From Octopus vulgaris (Eukaryota): a DNA stretch of 64,000 bases. Below, in pieces: positions 38,767-50,890 of the stretch; the first letter of the stretch is position 1; each line of letters opens with the position of its first letter. Made by a program: the position numbers and the translations under genes. The notes beneath the pieces are model-generated. The model saw nothing but the letters and a program-made list of their open reading frames with translations. It searched no databases and was not told the DNA's origin. Location of the stretch: the NCBI GenBank assembly GCA_951406725.2, contig OX597830.1, positions 4,650,001-4,714,000 on the forward strand, written 5' to 3'.

Positions 38767-39334
38767 ATCACACACACACACACAAACACACACACGTGTG
38801 TGGATGTGGGTAGGTGTAAATGTGTGTATGTATGATGAAATATATAATTTTGGTTGCCTTGGCTGAGAGATGAAACTAACAAAGATAATTGAAAAAAAAA
38901 AAAAGAAATAGACAACAACAAGAAGTGCAAAAAAAGTACAAATCAAAGATAAAGAAAAGCATGAGATGGAGTGAAATATAAAAAGGAAGTAAGAGTCACC
39001 GAGGTAATCAAAATGAAAGAAACAATTAAATGTAGACATGAATGATTTTCTTTTTCTTTTTGTTGAATTAAATTGTGTTTAATGTATGAAGTATCTCATG
39101 AGACTCAGTTTTAGAGTTTGGCTGCCAATATTTCTGTGGGCTGGCTTCCCATGCAGTGTGTTTGATTTTTTTTTTTATCATGGAGAGGCACAGTGATGAA
39201 TATATGCCCACCCTTACGCTGTTGTGTGTGTGTGTGTGTGTGTGTATAGCAGTCACTCATAACCAAGACTGACTTGGTATCAAGTACCATGCTTTCACTA
39301 ACTGTTTTAGTTGCCTATATAGCTGCAACCAGCT

Positions 39335-39381
39335 ATATGTGAGTGGATTTGGTACACAGAAACTGAAAGAGGCCTGTTGTC

Positions 39382-39413
<32 letters not shown>

Positions 39414-39595
39414 TGGATGTCTGTCCCCACCATCACTTGACAACCGATGTTGCTGTGTTTATGTTGGCGTAACAGTGACCGATAGAATAAGTACAAGGCT
39501 TACAAAGAATAAGACCTAGAGTCAATGGGCTCAACTAAAGGCAGTGCTCCAGCATGGCCTCAGTCAAATGACTGAAACAAGTAAAAGAATAAAGG
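39335..39595 (+). mobile_element. SINE family B 3' part
   Basis: gtgagtggatttggtacacagaaactgaaag...tgctccagcatggcctcagtcaaatgactgaaacaagtaaaaga. Confidence 0.75.
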
Positions 39596-39596
39596 A

Positions 39597-39633
<37 letters not shown>

Positions 39634-40417
39634 TGCATGTATGTAAATACATATATGTATAAATATAGGTATATATTTGAGAACTTCATTATTATCTGGA
39701 AACTATTTTCTAATATGATGATGATCAGTGAGCGTCAGAATTGAAACACTTGATTTGGTAAAAGGTCAATATCAGAAGAGGTACATACACCACATTTTAG
39801 AATCTCTGGTTTTCTACATTGAACATGGGTTCTTCATTTACATCATCAGATTAAAATCAGCGTGTGTGTATGCATACACATAATTGCATGTGAATATTTT
39901 GAATGCATTAATGTTAATTATTGTGTTTGTCTATAATTGCAAAGATACAAACACAAACATGTAATTCAGTAAGAGAAATAATGAATCCAGTCACCAAAGA
40001 ATACCTTGATACTCCAGTGTGTGTTTACCTGTGATATTTACCTGATGTGGAATTAATCTCAAGCTAGATAGGATAGCAGCCTATTGCACGTTGCATTCCC
40101 ACAAGACCTGAATGCTATTTTCCCAGCAAGGTGAACCGAGTGATGAACGATATAAAGAATGCTGCCAAGAAACACAATCAAACAACTCCATCAGATCCGA
40201 TCTCAGAACTAGGATTCTATATTCTTATCCACCTGTCAGATAATTTAACTGCTATATAAACAGAAGCATGCAGAAATAATTGCCTACATATTGATAATAC
40301 AGACATTATTTCTAGTTGAAATAAATTTCAGCACTTCAATACATGCACATAAGTGTGTAGTGCCATGAATATAATAGGTTTGAGAACAGTTATTTACGTA
40401 TATAACTAATATATGCT

Positions 40418-40454
<37 letters not shown>

Positions 40455-40464
40455 ATATATATGC

Positions 40465-40652
40465 GTAGCCGTATTTTGTCTGCTGTTACATTCTGAGTTC
40501 AAATTCCGCCGAAGTCGACTTTGCCTTTCATCCTTTTGGGGTCAATAAATTAAGTACCAGTTACGCACTGGGGTCGATATAATCGACTTAATCCGTTTGT
40601 CTGTCCTTGTTTGTCCCCTCTATGTTTAGCCCCTTGCGGGTAGTAAAGAAAT
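40465..40652 (+). mobile_element. SINE family A, 5'-truncated
   Basis: ttctgagttcaaattccgccgaagtcgactttgcctttcatcc...gtagtaaagaaata. Confidence 0.85.
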
Positions 40653-40726
40653 ATATATACACACATATATTTGTATCTATATGCACAGATAAAATCATAA
40701 TGCTATGAATGTAAAAGTTTGAAAAC

Positions 40727-40765
<39 letters not shown>

Positions 40766-41207
40766 GTGTGTGTGTGTGTGCATGTCAGTATTTATCAGTT
40801 TGCTTATGAATAAATATATGTTGTGCCACATTGATTTTGCGCAGAGATAAGCAACGGGGTCTGAATAAAACCAGCCATTGGTTGACAGTTTTGAAGATAG
40901 ATGCATGCTAATCCCCTAATGATTAGCTAAGATTAAGTAAATAAATACAATTTTAATTGAATCTAACAAATTCAAGCCATGTTAGAGTGCCGTGAAGAAT
41001 ATAGATATATCAAGTTTATAAATTCATTAGTGAACCATTATATATCAAAGCCAGCCCATCTGGAATTTATATTAACCTAATTAGTGTTATGAACAAGCCA
41101 ATATAAACATTGCACCATCAGTCTACATTAGTTGCCAATTACTCCATTTACATATATTCATATATATATACATATTTATTATATATAATATATTCATGCA
41201 TATGGAT

Positions 41208-41243
<36 letters not shown>

Positions 41244-41673
41244 GCTTCACTTCCTCTTCTTCCATTGCTCATACTGCTTTACTATTCAGTTCCCTTCCCA
41301 GCAACCAGCATGTAGCTGCCTGTCTCTGTCTGTCTTCCCCTATTACTCCCTCTCCTATCACAATTTCCCCCTCACTACACACACACACACACTCTCTCTC
41401 TCTCTCTCTGCTGCCACTTTCTTGGTCATTACTCTCTCTCTCTTTCTCCAATTCACCCTCTCAGTCACACTTACCTTCAATGAATTGAGACAATGTAGAG
41501 GAGGGACAGCTCTTTACTCATGCCTAAGATATGATAATCTCTCTGGTGATGGTACCATACCAAAATGTATCTACAGTACTCTATAAAGTACTTGGAAATA
41601 GTAAGGACATCCAGACATGGATTGGTTATGCCGTAAAGATTAATCTTGCCTATTCTACCATGAAAAATAAGTA

Positions 41674-42860
41674 TCAGCTCATCCCATAAGTTCTGTCCGA
41701 TTTTACCTTTTTCAAAATTGAATGAAATTTAACAGTATTTTAGAATGTCTAATTGAATTAAAAATTATTTTTATGCCTTTGTGTACATTTAAACTAATTA
41801 AATGTTATTTTACAGAATAATAGAATTAAAATTTCTTTGATTAAAACCCTTTCTAACATGAAAGTATCCAAAGAGCATTTGAGGCACATAATGCTTTATG
41901 AGTACAAAAAGGAAACTCTGCAGCCGAAGCGACTTGAAACATACACTCGGTTTATAGGAAAGAATGCTTAAATGAAAGAACTTGCGGAAGATGGTTTGCA
42001 AAATTCAGAAGTGAAGATTTCAGCCTTGAAGATGAAGATTGAACACGACGTCCAGTTGAGTTTGATGATAAGCTCCTTGAGGCATTACTTGAAGAAAATC
42101 CTGCATTATCAGTTGAAGAATTGGCAATAAAGCTTAGTTCAAACCATACAACTGTTCATCATCATCTTCAACAATGTGGAAAAGTTTCTAAACTTGGAAA
42201 ATGGGTGCGTCATGAATTGTCCAAAAGCAATCGCAAATCCCGAGTTGACATTTGCTCTTCTCTCCATTCTTGCGAACTCATTTCACCCTTTTTGGATAGA
42301 CTTGTGACTGGTGACAAAAAATGGATATTCTATCGAAATGTTATACGTTGTAAACAGTGGCTTGGTAAAAGGGAAAAAGCTCAACCACAACCGAGAAGGG
42401 AACTTCATGGGAAAAAGGTTCTTCACTCTATCTGGTGGGATTGCAAAGGAGTAGTTCACTTTGAATTGTTACCACCTAATGCAACAATCAATGCTCAAGT
42501 CTATTGTCAGTAATTAGTGTTTGAACTAAGCTTTGAAGAAAAAAAGACCGGCTTTGGTGAATCAAAAAGGAGTGATGTTTCGTAAGGACATGACCTCACA
42601 CTGCAAAGATCACATCACAGAAGATCGAAGAGCTTGGTTGGGAAAAAATTCCTCATCCACCTTATTCTCCTGACCTTGCTCCTTCAGACTACCATTTGTT
42701 TTGTAGTTTACAGAATCATTTGGGGAACAAAATATTCGCAAGCCAGGAGAAGGTCGAAACTGACATTTCAGAGTTCTTCACTTTGAAACCAAAAGAGTTT
42801 TACATTGATGGGATTAAAAAGCTTGTAAACAGATGGAAGGAAGTCAAAGATATCCATAAA
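41674..42860 (+). mobile_element. Decayed mariner (DD34D) DNA transposon; right end missing
   Basis: TA then left TIR-like tcagctcatcccataagttctgtccga. Transposase remnants from ATG 41858: MKVSKEHLRHIMLYEY, RWFAKFRS, KLGKWVRHEL (WVPHEL), LVTGDKKW (TGDEKW), SIWWDCKGVV, HPPYSPDLAPSDYHLF. Several stops and frameshifts. Confidence 0.95.
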
Positions 42861-43233
42861 TAGTTCCTTTATATTTTAAAAAAGTCCCACCATAAAAAAA
42901 AAATTCCTTGAATAAATAGTAGAATAGTTAAAGGAATTTTGGGGTCTGTGACAATCCACACACACACACCAACATGTTTTAAAAAGAAAATAGGATGTGT
43001 GAATGTAGTGATATGTATCTAATGCAACTATGTATACAGCTATATATGAGAAAGAATATACTATATATGTATGTGTGCATGTATGTGTGTGTGTGTGTAT
43101 ATATACATACACACACACACACATATATATATGACTGGAATACTTGGTGTGTCTTGTGGCTACTCCCTCCTAAAAAAATGGGGGATAGGCCTGGGTGTGT
43201 GTGTGCGTGTGTGTACATATAAATATATACGTA

Positions 43234-43286
<53 letters not shown>

Positions 43287-43930
43287 ATGTAAATATATAC
43301 ATAAGTATATTTATATAAACATGTATATGAAAACAAACATATATATTCATATCTACATAGATGTGTGTGTGTGTCTGTATAAATAATTTGAATATGTAGG
43401 TAAATGATTTTGGATGTACCTTAATGGTTGTCGAACTGTCCAAATATATAGAGAAAGAAAGATTCTCATTATGTAGGCCAGCTCGTTAGCTATTTGTACT
43501 TATTCAGGCCTATTATGAGAAATAACTTCAGCCACATTAATCGTATGTAAATTTGCGAGTCCGTGTTCTGACTGAACACGGTTATGAATATGCATTTAGA
43601 TGACTATTATGAATATATCTGAACGCTTTTTGTAAGTATATTAAAAAGGGTGCAATGAAGGGAAGAATGGAAGTGTATTGTGACCAGTGATGTATAAGGA
43701 CAGCTAATAGTCTGGTCAATAGAGCAACCGTGTGACACTAAGTTGGAGAGCCATAGTTTTATTTTATAAATATAGCTTTGTTTGTCAGCAGATGTAAACT
43801 GACAGAATGTAAGAGAGAGAAAAAAATAAAAGATTTATGGTTTTTAATCAATTTGTATAAACAACCTGTGTATATGAATATTTCTCTGGTATAGAATATA
43901 TATATATATATATATACACATATTTATATG

Positions 43931-43978
<48 letters not shown>

Positions 43979-44101
43979 AACACATACAATCTATCTGACA
44001 GATATTCTTTAATAACAGCTTGTCATTTGCAAAGTCACTGTTTCTACATGTATTATGGAATCTTCTTTCTCAACAATATCAAAGTTCAAGGAAGATTCTA
44101 C

Positions 44102-44140
44102 TTTACTAAGGAGGGGTAATAAGACTGAAACATGTCTGAA
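44102..44140 (+). ncRNA. Degenerate hammerhead-like motif
   Basis: TTTA-CTAAGGA-G-gggtaataagact-GAAA-CATG-TC-TGAA: palindromic stem III and GUC site, one core mismatch, weak stem II. Confidence 0.3.
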
Positions 44141-45409
44141 ACTGTCATTATACTTACCGAAGATCAGACTCAATATTACTCCGTGAGCTCATCCAATTAT
44201 ATTAAAAGTTGTCTCTCTTGACTTTTGTAACCAGAATTAGTCATTATGCAAAGTCACTTACCTATTTATTTTCCATGCAGAAGTTGCCCCAGGATAATTC
44301 CTCTGAGTCAATCTTTGAAGCTAATCAGTCAATTGAGCATTTCACTGGAAATGACGAGTGAGATGGTTGTTGTCCTTATTGATAAACCTGCATAGCACTG
44401 CAAGTGTCGCAAAATGGCACAAGTGACATTTGACATGATTGTACAACCTTATGATGTAAAGATGTAAATTATATCAGAGACTATCAGAATATATTTTCAG
44501 TTGAGATGTTCTGTAAATTCTATTTCCAAGCCAATAAGTTTCAACTTTTCTACATATTTATAGCAGAGTAATAAGAAAAAAGAAAAAAGACAAAAAAAAG
44601 TAATTACGATCACTGTGAAACATATTTTTTGACCTGTAATAATAATTTCTTGTTTTCTTTCCTCACTTCTCTCATTAAAAACATGCAATGTTCCAACAGG
44701 AGAATATAAATGTAAAAATAATAAGGTACTTTTACCAAAGTATCTGACACAGTCATTAAAAGCCAGCTTCTCCTCTGCAAGCTGATCATTTTCCTTCTTA
44801 CTGTAGACCTGCATATTAAGAACATTATAAACATTCGAAGAGGAGGAGATGAGCTCTTGTATAACCAAGTCTTCAACCTAGTTTTACTTTCCAATTATAG
44901 CTATTCCCACTCACTCGTATACCTAATATTCTCAGAAGAGATACGACCATCACAGCTCCATTTCTCCAGAAATTGGAATGGTTAACCACAATACTTAATA
45001 AATAAGTCTTCTCAAGAAAGGGAAAGCAATTGACTCTTATTTTATATAGCAATAGTGTGTAGAATAAATATTTATTTTTATTCTAAGAGTAGAATATTAT
45101 TTCAGAAGAGAACACTTACCGTTTCTAAGCAATCTATCTGTAACTGGAAAAGCTTTCAGAAGTTTTATTCTAAGAAAAATGTCTCATTTAATTCAGTTTC
45201 TTTTTGTTTTTTATTTTCTATTTCTTTTTTTACTTTTTTATGAGAAGTGAAATTTGGTTTAATTTTAGATGAATTAACGGTAAAAATCCAAACTAAATTC
45301 CAAGAAAACTAAATATTTGACCCAATTCACAAACTATCTAATTCTGTTAACCATTCAGAAATATTTGGTATTAGTTGGTTATTTTGTTTTCTTGAGGAAT
45401 TGTTGCTCA

Positions 45410-45783
45410 TTGACTTGTCTCAGTTGTTTGAGTGCGGCCATGCTGGGGCACCAGCTTCAAGGGTTTTTTCTTTATTGAATGTATCAACCCCGTTACCTAT
45501 TTTCTTTTTGAACCTAGTACTTATTCTGTTAGTCTCTCTTGCTGAACTGTCAAGTTATTGGTATATAAACACACAAACACCAGTTGTCAAGCAGTGGTGG
45601 AGAGTAAACACACACACACGACAAACATCTTTCAGTTTCCGCCTACCATTTCCACTCACAAGGCTCTGGTCAACCTGAGGTTATAGTAGAAGACACTTGC
45701 CCAAGGTGCCACACAGTGGGACTGAACCCAGAACTACATGGTTGGGAAGCAAGCTTTTTGCCACACAGCCACACCTGTGCCTG
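45410..45783 (-). mobile_element. SINE family B, near full length
   Basis: gcggccatgctggggcacc...tagtagaagacacttgcccaaggtgccacacagtgggactgaacccagaac...ccacacagccacacctgtgcct. Confidence 0.85.
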
Positions 45784-46489
45784 TGTTTGAATATATTTTA
45801 TTTGTACAAGACTGAGTTAGTCTACAGATTAAGGCATTTATGCTTACATAGTCATCCCTGGTATAGGAACAAGGCTTGAAATAGGGAGGAGGGTAGCCAT
45901 CAGTACCATCAACCATCAACCCCAGTACTTGACTGGAACATTAATTCTTTTATCGACCCTGAAAGGATGAAAAGCAAAGTTGACCTCAGCAGGATTTGAA
46001 CTTGGAATATAAAGAACCAGAACAAAGAATTAATGCACACTAGAAGGGGATAAGAGATTAGAGCAATGGTTTCCAACCCTTTTATTCAAATTAGTTTTAT
46101 CACTGACCCCTTTTAATATGCCTATCCTTATACATGTATAATAATATGCAGACAGATTGATATCCATGAAGGACATTTATATTGTTACTTGACCAGCAAG
46201 AAATAGTAGCTAAATCCCCTTCAAATAACACCTTACTGGCTGATAAAAGGACACACAGGCTAACATAGTTCTAAAAAAATAAAGGATATATGGTCATGGA
46301 TGGAAAACTCATTGATCATCAGTCTTAGCTGACCTGCAGTTAAACAACAATAAATAAGGGGGATTTATGGGTGTTTTGGTTTTTTTATTATTTTATAAAA
46401 ATCATTTTGCATGCATAAATCTGAATTTTAAACGAAGGAACATATTTCAAAATGGTGAAATTTTGCATGAATTTATAAACTTATTCGGA

Positions 46490-46860
46490 ACATCATCATC
46501 ATCATCATATCCCCTCTTCTTCCTCATCATCACCGCCTTTTAATGCCTACCTTTCATGTTGATATGGGTTGGACAGTTTGACAGGATTTGACAAATCAAA
46601 GGGCTGCATCCATGCTTCAATATGTGCTTTGACATGGGTTCCATGGCTTGGCACCCCATCTGGGCACCCTATCTGATGCTAACCACTTTATATAGCATAC
46701 ACAGCACCAACAGCAATGAGGTCACCATGTAGGTTGCAAGACTAACATTGTCTTCAACTGAGTGAGGTTATAAATAGAAAAAGGCAGCTTTATGCTAGGA
46801 GAGAGAGAGAGAGTTTAAAATATTAAAATATCGAGCCAAAGCAGAACAGATTCCTTGTGA
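46490..46860 (-). mobile_element. Old RTE-tailed element
   Basis: (cat)n, then ttcatgttgatatgggttggacagtttgacagg...aaccacttta...ttgcaagacta; similar to 1-330 and 50325-50660. Confidence 0.55.
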
Positions 46861-48463
46861 CAACAGAACTCACTTTATAGAAGGGAGGGCAACACTTAAG
46901 TAGGTCACTGTTACACTCCTTCTTAATGTTGCTTAAAAATTATATCTGATCAAATGGAACTGAAAGTACAGAGGATTTTACCATTTATTGTTGTCAAGAA
47001 TAGGATCTTCAGAACTACACACATCTAGAATCAATACGTCCGCTCCAGGAAATGGTTTTGATAATTCCAATTGCTAACACAGCTCTTTTAAGTTACTTCA
47101 ATTGTACGTATTTTCAAATTATATACAGTTCTCACTTAAACACACTGACATTTATGCAAATACACTTTCACGAATACATCCAGTGGAATATTTATATCTT
47201 CAGATACTTTTATGTATCTATAAGTGGTTATAGGCACGTATGTATATGCGTCTAAACACATGTGTATACAGTTATATATCTATACCTGTGTGTGTTGTAT
47301 GTGGATATAAATGTTTGTGTATAAATCTTAACAATTTATACAAAGACCTACATATGCATGTACACACATCTTTCTTGCTCTCCATGTAGATAATCTAATT
47401 TATGTGTGTATTCACGAACAAACATGCTCACACAGCAATGTATATATATACATGCAAGTGTACATATGTGTGCTTGTGTGAATATATATACATGTCACAT
47501 CTGCATAGACATACATTGTGTGTGTTTTAACTACACACACACATATATATAAATATATAAATACATACATACACACACACACATATATATATATAAATAC
47601 ATACATACACACACACACATATATATATATAAATACATACATACACACACACACACATATATATATATATAAATACATACATACACACACACATATATAT
47701 AAATATATATAGAAACATACACATATATACACACACACATAAATATGCACACACACACACACACATGTCAGATTATGTAAATGTATATAACCTATCATAC
47801 AGACATATAAACACATATTACACACCTAAATTAATTAACACTTCCATTAATAATTTTTCACATACGTAAAATTAGAAAAAATAAAACAATAATAACAACT
47901 ACAAATAAATAAATAAATGATGATAATAATAATGTCTTCTGAAAGAAATAAGAATGAAGCGAGAGAAAGACTGATGTAAGTCATTTGTAATTGATGTCAG
48001 ATGGAAGAGCGAATGTAAATATTGATTAGAATTAGGTGAGGAGTGTCTCAAGATTGGAGACATGCACCGAAGGGTGTGTCAGAGAGGAAAATTGGAGATT
48101 TTTAATTGCTTTAGCATTTATTTGTATACGTTGCTTGTCTGTAATTAACCTGTGATGTAGGTAGCTTCTAATGTGCAGCATGGAATCCGTCTTCATGTTA
48201 TTCTGCCTACAGAGAGAGAGAATGGGGGAGAGGGGGGAGAGAGAGAGAGATGTTATTTACTGTTGTTCACAGCAGCAATTTCATTGTTTGTCAACTGTTG
48301 AAAGGAAACTCTTATTATTATTGTTATTATTTAGAGGTGGAAACTTGTAAACAAAACGGAATTACTTAAATAAATGAGTAAATAGATTGTTCTTTTTTTC
48401 TTTGTTATATATATTTTTTAGTTGAAACATCAAATAAAATAACTGTTGATTTATTTTGTTTCA

Positions 48464-48550
<87 letters not shown>

Positions 48551-48821
48551 TAAACTTCTGATATTTGTTGATTTGTCACCTATCAGAAAAAAAACATTGA
48601 TTTTTTTTCAGGCTAGACATAGAAACAATAATCAGAAATTGAATTGTCCCCTAGTATATTGCTGGTATTTAGCCTTCTTATGGTTCAAGGAGAAAGGGAA
48701 GTAAGGTAGAAGGGTTCCCCCATGATTGCTGGAGTGGAAGGGAAAGAGAGAACCTGGTTCTGGAGTTGCTGAAGTCAGAAATACAAGACAACAAATCCTC
48801 AAGACAGAAGTGATTACACAT

Positions 48822-48932
48822 TTATCTCATATACAGGGTGTCTATCCATTCATCTCCATATACAGGGTGTCTATCCATTCATCTCATATACAGGGTGTAT
48901 ATGTATTCATCTTATATACAGGGTGTCTATAC
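48822..48932. repeat. ~28-bp minisatellite, 4 copies
   Basis: Unit tctcatatacagggtgtctatccattca repeated four times with variation. Confidence 0.9.
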
Positions 48933-49713
48933 ATATCTGTTGTGCAGGTGCCTGGCCATAATGATGCCAACTAGAAATATCAATGGGTACTTTATTTTCT
49001 GGACCACTATTTCAGACATCACCGGTTCTTCTTTGGTCCTTTATTTTATGGGCCACCTCACCTCCCACTAGCACAGGATTTCTACTTCGAGTCTGGAAGG
49101 GTGCTAATCAATGTTGAAACTGGATGGGATTTGAACCCAGTGAGTGTTACAATCACATGGAATTTTACCCACCACTTTACCAGTTCTGCTAATCTCTCTC
49201 TTCCCACACATCTAATGATGTCAAATATTGGTTTCAAATTTTGGCACAAGGCCAGCAAGAATGGGAGACAAAGAAGTCAGTTACATCAGCTCCAAGGATA
49301 AACTGTTACTTATTTTGTCAACCCCAGCAGGGATGAAAGGCAGAGTTAACCTCAGCAGAATTTGAACTCAGCAGAATTCAAAGAGAGAGAAAATGCTTGG
49401 CAGCACTTTGTCCAGCAAGCAAATGATTTTACCTGTTTGCTGCCCCAAGAATATCAAATATTGCAATAGATTTCGCCTGGTGCTCCACCTCAGGGCTTTC
49501 CAAGTAAAATTCTCCTCAATGAATTATCAGAAATTCCAAGACATCAATGTCAGTTTTGAGGTTGTATGGCTGGGAAGGTTGAACAGTTTGGAATTTATGT
49601 TGGTGGATTGTTGAATATTTACAATAATAGAATAAATCAAATAAAATTCCAGAGATGGTGGTGGTGGTGGTGGTGCTTCAAATAGTTATGTTAATAACTA
49701 TGTTTTGAGGTAG

Positions 49714-49747
<34 letters not shown>

Positions 49748-50324
49748 TAAGGGCGGTGTTGCGATGTTGTTGTTGTTGTTGTAAAGATGACATAGCATTT
49801 CATTAGATGATCTAAATCATTCTCATAAATCAATATTCAGGAAAGTTGAATATCAAGTCAGTTTTCTAGTTTCATACCACACAGACACCACCTCACCACA
49901 CACACACACACACACATACATTCATAATGACATTTCAATTCAAACAAGGAAGTCAGTTATAGAAAATATTAGCAAAGTAGACTTAGTGATGAGCTTCATA
50001 GATTTAACTCCTTTGATCAAGATTACGAATTAAATAAACTTTACTGAGATCATACACAGACAAAATTAGAAGAATTGCGTTTTAGAAATAAAACCTAAAA
50101 GAGGTCAGGGGGATCAAATGCAATAAAACATTTTATAAATGGAAATGATTAAAATAATGTAAAACTGATGATAATTATCGCTTAACGATAAGTTTGATAA
50201 TAATTATCATTTAAAAGTCTTTAGAAACAACTTTGAAGATAAAATAAAAAGAACTAAAGCTGAATAACAACAGAAAAAAAACATGACAAAAAATGTATTT
50301 AGACAGTTCAGTTCTTTAAAGCCA

Positions 50325-50660
50325 TCATCATTTTTTAATGTCCATCTGCCATGCTGTCATGGGTTAGATGATTTGACAGAATGAAATGGGTCTAAGAGCT
50401 GCATTATGCTCCTAGGTCTGCTTTGGTATGGTTCTTATGGTTGGTTGCCCTTCACAATGCCATACACCTTACCCAATGTACTGGGTGCTTTGTTCATGGC
50501 TCCAGCATCAGTGAGGTTGCTGTGCAGCTCACAAGACTAAGATTCTTTTGAAGTGAGTAGAGCACCTGACAGTGGAGATGAAGGTAACTTTATGTTCGAA
50601 GATGAGAAGTTGAAGTATGAAAGAAGGTACCAGAAGAGAGTAGGGTTTTTGCCATGGAGG
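50325..50660 (-). mobile_element. Old RTE-tailed element
   Basis: catcatcattttttaatgtccatctgccatgctgtcatgggtt...ggttgcccttc...tgtactgggtgcttt. Confidence 0.55.
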
Positions 50661-50847
50661 AGATACTTATCTACTCACATTATAGATGAGTGGACAGGAA
50701 TAAACAGGGTGGAGTTGGGAAAAGAGAATGCTTATGAACATTCAGTTCTTGAAATTAAAGAAAGGGATGTGATAAAAGATGTACACACACACACACATTA
50801 TTGAATTATTATCTATCTATCTATATATATCTATATCTATCTCTCTC

Positions 50848-50890
<43 letters not shown>

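Noticed and set aside
43561-43581. 8-bp hairpin ccgtgttc/gaacacgg as a Helitron 3' end
   Set aside because: No downstream CTRR terminus.
48822-48932. CRISPR-like array
   Set aside because: Units are contiguous with no unique spacers, the context is eukaryotic, and there are no cas genes.
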